Source: a virus. Taken from it: a DNA stretch of 64,000 nucleotides. The translations under genes and the position numbers were made by a program. The DNA is taken from IMG/VR virus record IMGVR_UViG_3300047476_001812, positions 1-64,000 of that record; one strand, 5' to 3'. This document shows positions 58,187-64,000 of the stretch, piece after piece (position 1 is the stretch's first letter; every line of letters begins with the position of its first letter). The notes under the pieces were generated by a model. It saw only the letters and a list, made by a program, of their open reading frames with translations. It ran no database searches and had not been told where the DNA came from.

Positions 58187-58474
58187 TTAGAACCCAACCA
58201 ATGGGTCATACGACCCAATCATAAGTTCATTCCATAAGTCGTACTCAGCCTGAGTTAGTTTGAACGTCCTGCGAAGTTCAAGATATTGAAGAATATCTTG
58301 AAGAGTTACCCATCTACTCTCAAGAATCTCTGAACATTGTTGAATGGAAAAAGGAACGTGATATTCAGGATGTTCTTGGTCTGGAAGAATATCCAGGTCA
58401 ACGAGTGACTGCATAACGGCGGCTAAGTCACTTTCTGATAGTGTAGAAAGAAATTCCGTAAACATATTAAGCAC
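58187..58474 (-). CDS. hypothetical acidic protein
   Basis: 95 aa. Confidence 0.65.
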   Translation of the reverse strand: MLNMFTEFLSTLSESDLAAVMQSLVDLDILPDQEHPEYHVPFSIQQCSEILESRWVTLQDILQYLELRRTFKLTQAEYDLWNELMIGSYDPLVGF

Positions 58475-58480
58475 CTTGTC

Positions 58481-58520
58481 AACTACACCAATTGGTTGGG
58501 AGCGTAGCGACCCATAAAAA
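58481..58520 (-). promoter_or_regulatory. class B hairpin element (rightmost)
   Basis: AACTAC-N15-GCGTAGCGACCCATAAAAA. Confidence 0.78.
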
Positions 58521-58595
58521 CATTTATTGGTTAAAAATTGAGGGCATCACCCCCTTTTTTCTTTTGGTTAAAATAATATATATAGATTAGGTTTG

Positions 58596-58678
58596 CCCCC
58601 TCAAATATATATAAATAATATAGTGACGTTATTGAAACTTCCCCCTCAAATATATATAAATAATATAGTGACGTTATT
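58596..58678. repeat. 38-bp perfect direct repeat x2 (45-bp period)
   Basis: CCCCCTCAAATATATATAAATAATATAGTGACGTTATT at 58596 and 58641. Confidence 0.9.
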
Positions 58679-58796
58679 CAAATTTATAAGGTCAAAAAAA
58701 TATATATAAAACTGTACACATACGCAAAAGAAAATATCCACCCTAACTCGCATAGGATGGATAAAGTGAAGTAGTTAAAGTGTATTCTTATAGTTC

Positions 58797-58940
58797 CTAA
58801 AAACCATAATGTAAATAACGGTTTTCAACTGAGTTGAGATATTCGTTTTCATAGTATTCGTCTTCTTCTATTTCCAGTTGTAGGGACGTAATAACATCAG
58901 CAAATAGATTGAGAGTTTTGTCAAGAAGTAGCGTAGTCAT
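58797..58940 (-). CDS. 47-aa acidic peptide (not in ORF track)
   Basis: MTTLLLDKTLNLFADV...; class A element at 58960-58984 directly upstream. Confidence 0.55.
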   Translation of the reverse strand: MTTLLLDKTLNLFADVITSLQLEIEEDEYYENEYLNSVENRYLHYGF

Positions 58941-59029
58941 AAATCACAAATTACAAACATCACCACTTCTAAGGCGTTAGCCTTTGTAATAGGAAAACTA
59001 CTGCAAGCAAAACAAATACAGGATTTAAA

Positions 59030-59593
59030 ATGGAATCAATAATCGAAAAACAAGAAGAGATAATTACTCAATTGCAATTAGCAATAGAGCATTATTTAGA
59101 AAAAGGTGACTTAGAGACAGCACTTGTTTATTCTGAGTTATTTAAACTTAATTGCGAAGCTTATAAGTCTTTAGTTTGTAATAAAGAGGCTAAAGAAGAA
59201 AAGCCTGTATTTAGATTTGGGAAAGGAAATCCTCAAGCTATTTCTCAAAAACAGACACCAGTAATAACAAGTGAAAAAGCTAGACAGAATTATGAAGCTA
59301 AAATGCTCAACGAATATTTACAACAACTACCTCAAGTTGCTGTTGTAAACAAGGTTCAATCTTATCAAGAACCAAAGACTATAGTTTCACAATACAGCTA
59401 CGGTGATGGACAGGACAACCCCAAGATTAGAGCTAATGATATTAATGGTAATTGGGGTAAAAATGGAGAACCTAATCAAATTATTACACCACCACAACAG
59501 TTAATTAACAATCCCAGGATTGCCAACACAGAAATGAGTGAAGAAGACAATTTATGGGGAGAAGACCCACGTAGAAGTTTAAATAAGAGATAA
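59030..59593 (+). CDS. hypothetical protein
   Basis: 187 aa, first gene of the rightward head cluster. Confidence 0.65.
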   Translation: MESIIEKQEEIITQLQLAIEHYLEKGDLETALVYSELFKLNCEAYKSLVCNKEAKEEKPVFRFGKGNPQAISQKQTPVITSEKARQNYEAKMLNEYLQQLPQVAVVNKVQSYQEPKTIVSQYSYGDGQDNPKIRANDINGNWGKNGEPNQIITPPQQLINNPRIANTEMSEEDNLWGEDPRRSLNKR

Positions 59594-59601
59594 AGGAAGA
59601 A

Positions 59602-59847
59602 ATGCAAATAAAAGATATTGAGTTAAATATGGAAACCATAGGCATTATTTGTTCAGTAATTGGTTTTATCTATCAGATTGCTAGAATGGAAGCAAAAATA
59701 GAAGATTCAATTGAAGCTGTAAATAAAAAGTTAGAACTTCACATTGAAGAGGTAGCTGGAGACAGAAAAATGATTGAGTACAAAATGACTACAATTACAG
59801 AACAAGTAAAAGAAATTGTAAGTTGTCTTCACAGTGGAGATAAATAA
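59602..59847 (+). CDS. small single-TM coiled-coil protein (holin-like?)
   Basis: TIGIICSVIGFIY segment followed by coiled coil. Confidence 0.5.
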   Translation: MQIKDIELNMETIGIICSVIGFIYQIARMEAKIEDSIEAVNKKLELHIEEVAGDRKMIEYKMTTITEQVKEIVSCLHSGDK

Positions 59848-59873
59848 AACGTAAAACTATTACAATTTAAATT

Positions 59874-62054
59874 ATGGCAACAATTAATCAAATATTAGAA
59901 GCTGTATACGCCAGAGAATACAAACAGAATGTAGGTGGTTCTACTCTTGTTATTCACAACCACCTAGCTCAAATGATAATGTTTGGGGTTAGACAAGGAA
60001 TAGAAATATACCCAGACCAAGATGATGATTTTGATAGTAGAAAAAAGTTTTTAGATAACATCTGGAAGCAAAATAAGGTTGGCATTTACCTAGATGAAAT
60101 TTGGAAAAGACATCTAGGTAAAGGTCAAGTTCTTTTCTATCTTAGACCAACCAAAGAAGGTAGTTATAAATTCTATTTCTTTGATAAAGATGAGTTTAGA
60201 GACTACTACAATCTTGATGGTGAATTGAATGAAGTTGTAATCCGTTATTCTTATAAAGAGCGTGGAAATTATCAGAATCAAACTAAGTGGATTAAGTTAA
60301 CAATTAATTCTGAAACAATCACACAGACTTATTCTGAATCTCCTCCTAACTTTGAACAAGACCAGCAGGCAATTTTTTCAACTAATGTTAAAACCACAAA
60401 AAACACTTTAGGCTTCATCCCTTGTGTTGTTGCTAAAAATAATCCGTCTAAACCAGGAGAACCCGGAGTAGGTGAGTTTGTTCAACTAGCATCTCAAATA
60501 GAAAAACATGATAGGCAACATCTAGCTATTGATGAAAACCTAGACTTTTTTGGTAATCCGAGTTTAGTTACTACACGGTCTATTAAGGAAGTTGTTACAG
60601 AGGCCTATGAAGACAGACGTAAATCCAGAACAATGTCCAGTGCCTCTGGTTTTTATGGCTCTACTCCTAGTACAGTAAATCAAGACCCCACAAGCTATGG
60701 AAAGAGTGTAAACGGCAAAGTTAAAAAAGTCATTGGTAATGTTCAGGGAGATGAAAGATTTGGATATATAGCACCCGACCCTATATCTCCTGACCATGTG
60801 CGCCATGTACAAGATAATAGAGAAGCAATTCATTACGCTCTAGGAGGAATAGATGAAAGAGGAATTAGTTCTAACGCCACAGCTTACGCAAATAAATCGG
60901 TTTACGGTAGAGTTAATGCAACAGCATCCAAAAAATGCGAAGCTATATACACCTACGGCATCTGCAAATTGTTCGAGATGGCAATTGCAGCAGAAGAGGA
61001 CTTATTTAGACTCTCACTTGCAGCAGCTTTAAATAAGTTTGATAAAGAAACTGGACAACCAGATATTTCACAAATAACTAATGAATTTATTGCAGGATTG
61101 CTTGATAAGAATAAAATCCCACCTAATGTATTTGGCTTATCTCCAGTAGGAAGAGTAAAAGGACAGTTACAACCTATTGGGAGTAGAGAAATTAAATGGC
61201 GACATAAAGGGGAAGTATTTGAACCCGACGCAAATGACATTCAACGAGCTACTATTGCAGCTAGAAACTATCAGGAGTTAGGAGTAAGGAGTCTTGAAGC
61301 TTTAAGAACTGTGTTCCCTAATAAAACTGAAAAAGAATTAGAAGCAATGTTGCAAGGTGGATACCCATTTAGATATATGAGTGCAGTTGCATCTTCTACA
61401 GGGCAAATGCTTCAGCTTTACGGACAAATGGGACAACTACCTAACAGTCAAAATAATGCTCCTTTAGCATCTGAAATACCTCTCATCCCATTAATCAATA
61501 GGTCAATTCAAACCCTTTACCAGGAATTAGATTACAACCCTGAATTAACTCCAGTACAACCTGGAGACATCCCTAACTATTCAACAGGATATTCAAATTA
61601 TGACCAATACAGCAATCAACTTCCCATCTCAGGGGTCAGCAGCAATGCAACCGGAGTACCAACCTCAACAAAGTCCAGGTCAAGTAGTTCAATTTCCCCA
61701 ACAGTCCCAACCTACCCAACCCCCTTACAGTCATCAGGAGTCCTACCCCTCAACGGAATCAATCAACAGAGCCAACAACCCGGACTCATGGAAGGACAAC
61801 TTAATCAACAACTTGCTATCCCGCCTGAGTACACCGTTGGGATTCCCTCAGCAGGGGCAACAGTCACGGATGCTACCAGGAACTCACAACCCCAACAATC
61901 CTTACTCGGTAGTCAACCAGGTTACGGAAGCACGCCAGCAGGCATACCCCCAGACCTCGCAGTATCAGCAAGCGAACCCGGTAGTATCTGGCAACAGTTA
62001 TTCCCAACATTCTCAAAAGCTTTCACCAAACGTAAACCCAGGCCAAAGAACTGA
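59874..62054 (+). CDS. probable portal protein with low-complexity C-terminal tail
   Basis: size; NTLGFIPCV motif; FFGNP; helical core typical of portals. Confidence 0.7.
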   Translation: MATINQILEAVYAREYKQNVGGSTLVIHNHLAQMIMFGVRQGIEIYPDQDDDFDSRKKFLDNIWKQNKVGIYLDEIWKRHLGKGQVLFYLRPTKEGSYKFYFFDKDEFRDYYNLDGELNEVVIRYSYKERGNYQNQTKWIKLTINSETITQTYSESPPNFEQDQQAIFSTNVKTTKNTLGFIPCVVAKNNPSKPGEPGVGEFVQLASQIEKHDRQHLAIDENLDFFGNPSLVTTRSIKEVVTEAYEDRRKSRTMSSASGFYGSTPSTVNQDPTSYGKSVNGKVKKVIGNVQGDERFGYIAPDPISPDHVRHVQDNREAIHYALGGIDERGISSNATAYANKSVYGRVNATASKKCEAIYTYGICKLFEMAIAAEEDLFRLSLAAALNKFDKETGQPDISQITNEFIAGLLDKNKIPPNVFGLSPVGRVKGQLQPIGSREIKWRHKGEVFEPDANDIQRATIAARNYQELGVRSLEALRTVFPNKTEKELEAMLQGGYPFRYMSAVASSTGQMLQLYGQMGQLPNSQNNAPLASEIPLIPLINRSIQTLYQELDYNPELTPVQPGDIPNYSTGYSNYDQYSNQLPISGVSSNATGVPTSTKSRSSSSISPTVPTYPTPLQSSGVLPLNGINQQSQQPGLMEGQLNQQLAIPPEYTVGIPSAGATVTDATRNSQPQQSLLGSQPGYGSTPAGIPPDLAVSASEPGSIWQQLFPTFSKAFTKRKPRPKN

Positions 62055-62520
62055 TAACTTTCCCGGTAGAAGAAATTACTCTAACAGTTCAACTGAAGAA
62101 CTAATTCAGCAATTTGGACCACGTGCTGCGGAAATTCTAAACGAGTACGCTTGTCAGCTTGAAGATAAGATGGAAGCACTGACTCAAGCCTATCAAGAGT
62201 CAATGGCTTATAACGTCCGCTCTTTCGAGACTATTCAGGCGTTAGCCCCACACATTCAACGCTATCAAGCGATGGAAAACCTGATGACTAACCCTGATAG
62301 TTTAGCTGCTTACACAGTAGATTTCTTTACTTACGTTCAACCATTACCAGAACGTCCCAACGCAGCACCACTAGTTAGACCTGACTTCCCAGCGGTTCTT
62401 AGCAGTCCTCAACCTGGAGTTCCTGACTTATCTCAAATCCACCCTTCAGAGCGATGGAAAGTAGCTGATGTTATGGAACGTCAAGGTATGTGGGAAGGTA
62501 AGGTCTTGATTCAGATATAG
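61600..62520 (+). CDS. probable scaffolding/head-assembly protein
   Basis: Q/P-rich N-terminal half, coiled-coil C-terminal half, follows portal. Confidence 0.55.
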   Translation: MTNTAINFPSQGSAAMQPEYQPQQSPGQVVQFPQQSQPTQPPYSHQESYPSTESINRANNPDSWKDNLINNLLSRLSTPLGFPQQGQQSRMLPGTHNPNNPYSVVNQVTEARQQAYPQTSQYQQANPVVSGNSYSQHSQKLSPNVNPGQRTDNFPGRRNYSNSSTEELIQQFGPRAAEILNEYACQLEDKMEALTQAYQESMAYNVRSFETIQALAPHIQRYQAMENLMTNPDSLAAYTVDFFTYVQPLPERPNAAPLVRPDFPAVLSSPQPGVPDLSQIHPSERWKVADVMERQGMWEGKVLIQI

Positions 62521-62571
62521 ATTTTTTGGGAGTTCAAATACTCCCTAATTAAATTATTCAGAGAAAAAAAT

Positions 62572-63003
62572 ATGGCAACTGCAATAGAATTAGCCGCAAT
62601 GGGTTTAATACCCGCAGGAGTTTATGGGGCTAACGCCTTAGCTAGTAATGGGGATGAAAGATGGGATAGAACCGCAGTTAACACAGTTGGTAACTTAGCT
62701 GGTGGTTTATCTGGATATAGGGCTTTTGGAGGTGGTATTCCTGGAGTTCTTGCCGGAACTATTGGTGCATTAGGTGGTGGCTACATTTCTGACCGACTAG
62801 CAGATTTAATTGACCCTACTAACGGTAAAGTTTCCGCTACAGCTTTACTAAATTCCCACCTCGAGAATGACCCCATGGCTCAAGAAGCTATGTACCAAGA
62901 AAAAATTCGGCAAGTAAGATTGATGCAACAAGAACAAGAACGTCAAAAGATTTTAAATTACAAAGCTCAAATGGCTCAAATGGCTCAACAAGAAGGAGCG
63001 TAA
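62572..63003 (+). CDS. glycine-zipper virion protein
   Basis: GGGIPGVLAGTIGALGGG. Confidence 0.55.
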   Translation: MATAIELAAMGLIPAGVYGANALASNGDERWDRTAVNTVGNLAGGLSGYRAFGGGIPGVLAGTIGALGGGYISDRLADLIDPTNGKVSATALLNSHLENDPMAQEAMYQEKIRQVRLMQQEQERQKILNYKAQMAQMAQQEGA

Positions 63004-63006
63004 GCA

Positions 63007-63918
63007 ATGCAAGCTAATGATGCAATGAGAATACTTGGTAGTGCAGCCGCCATGGGATTACTTGGAAGTGGTAGTGCATTAGCCTATAATGCTATCTCTA
63101 AACCAACACTAGATGAATATGGCAATACAATTGAGTCTAATGATATCAACCCTTTTGTTGCTGCTTTGGGTGGTGCAGCAATAGGGGCGGCAAGTAATTA
63201 TGGGTTTAACAAATGGGTAAAGAATAGAGTTCACAATAATTTGGATGCTTACGGAATAAAAGCAGACGTATCACCACAATCCCGGCAGTCGCCGGATATT
63301 GATATTGATGTTGATGTTGATGAAACCGTAAAACCTCCGTACCCTGATTTTCGCAACATGAACGATGACCAGTTTAAAGAGTTCTATACCACCAGGCATG
63401 ATTACAGTGGGTCAACAAACGACAGAAAAGCAATTCATACTAGAATGGCAGACATTGTAGACAAGGAAGTAGAAAAATATGAACAAACAGCACAAGCAGG
63501 GCAAAAGTTAGAGCAGCAACCTCAATTGGTTGTTCAAGTAGTCCCAGCAAGTCCAATGGAACTACAAAACCCAATGTCTCCACCTGGAATGAAAACTGTG
63601 GTAACAAAACAACCACCTAAAGAACCAGGACAGGAAGTGATGGAAGAAGCTTTGAGGTTACGGGAGTTAGCTGAACAGCAAAGACATCAAAGACAACAAG
63701 CCGCAACGCGCGATATGCGAGCTATGGGTTGGAATAATACTACGGCTAGTTATAATACTCAATATCCAGAAGACAATGTTTACAATATTGCTGGCTGGGA
63801 CTTGGTATCCCAGCCAGGTAAAACTCGCAAAGCATTAAATCAAGCATCTGATGAAGAAAAATATCAAGATTGGTTGCTTTCAAGGGCTACACAAGAGGCT
63901 CAAAAAAAAAGAGGCTAG
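63007..63918 (+). CDS. probable virion protein
   Basis: Gly/Ala-rich N-terminus, Q-rich C-terminus. Confidence 0.55.
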   Translation: MQANDAMRILGSAAAMGLLGSGSALAYNAISKPTLDEYGNTIESNDINPFVAALGGAAIGAASNYGFNKWVKNRVHNNLDAYGIKADVSPQSRQSPDIDIDVDVDETVKPPYPDFRNMNDDQFKEFYTTRHDYSGSTNDRKAIHTRMADIVDKEVEKYEQTAQAGQKLEQQPQLVVQVVPASPMELQNPMSPPGMKTVVTKQPPKEPGQEVMEEALRLRELAEQQRHQRQQAATRDMRAMGWNNTTASYNTQYPEDNVYNIAGWDLVSQPGKTRKALNQASDEEKYQDWLLSRATQEAQKKRG

Positions 63919-64000
63919 AGCAAATAGCTAACTTTGTTCCTTTAACTCCACAACAGCAATCTGCAATGGGGTGGGGTTCAGTGCAAGGTAGCTACAGTAG

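Noticed and set aside
48360-58520. Class B repeats as a CRISPR array or integron attC sites
   Set aside because: Spacing is irregular and gene-sized, repeats are degenerate, and no cas or integron integrase gene or attC R/L boxes are visible.
63292-63325. DIDIDVDVD as a polymerase catalytic motif
   Set aside because: It is a short GATATT/GATGTT microsatellite expansion in a low-complexity protein.
1-64000. tRNA, rRNA, integrase, major capsid or DNA polymerase genes
   Set aside because: None recognised in this window.

Overview
64 kb of an AT-rich tailed phage genome, most likely infecting a filamentous (Nostocales-type) cyanobacterium. It carries TerL, portal, probable scaffold/ejection and tail-fibre genes, a replication block (initiator-like protein, DnaB, UvrD/Rep helicase, SSB, Gp157, dCTP deaminase), a sigma factor, an FtsK/HerA-like ATPase with a string of small membrane proteins, and one intact IS630. 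The main discovery is an apparent phage transcription system. It has (i) an 808-aa single-subunit RNA polymerase of the YonO/cellular-RdRP double-psi-barrel family (GRDTDGD motif, 32227-34653) and (ii) about 49 dispersed elements, most lying just upstream of a minus-strand gene, that look like template-strand DNA mini-hairpin promoters. About 35 class A copies read TCA(C/A/T)-N10-GC[GTTA]GC. Their stems co-vary and the loop can be swapped for AATC or GATT. Fourteen class B copies read AACTAC-N14-17-GC[GTA]GC-..CATAAAAA, an N4-like GNA triloop. Class B punctuates a terminator/promoter cassette array (48.4-58.5 kb) and the region upstream of the polymerase. Other observations: a third motif (AGCAAAATAAACAG) just before many start codons, a candidate ~480-nt structured ncRNA, an IS630 that splits a class B element, a hairpin that buries the start codon of a 1951-aa gene, and a 455-nt portal/scaffold gene overlap. 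All protein family calls come from motif recognition by eye, with no database search, and all functions assigned to the DNA motifs are inference.
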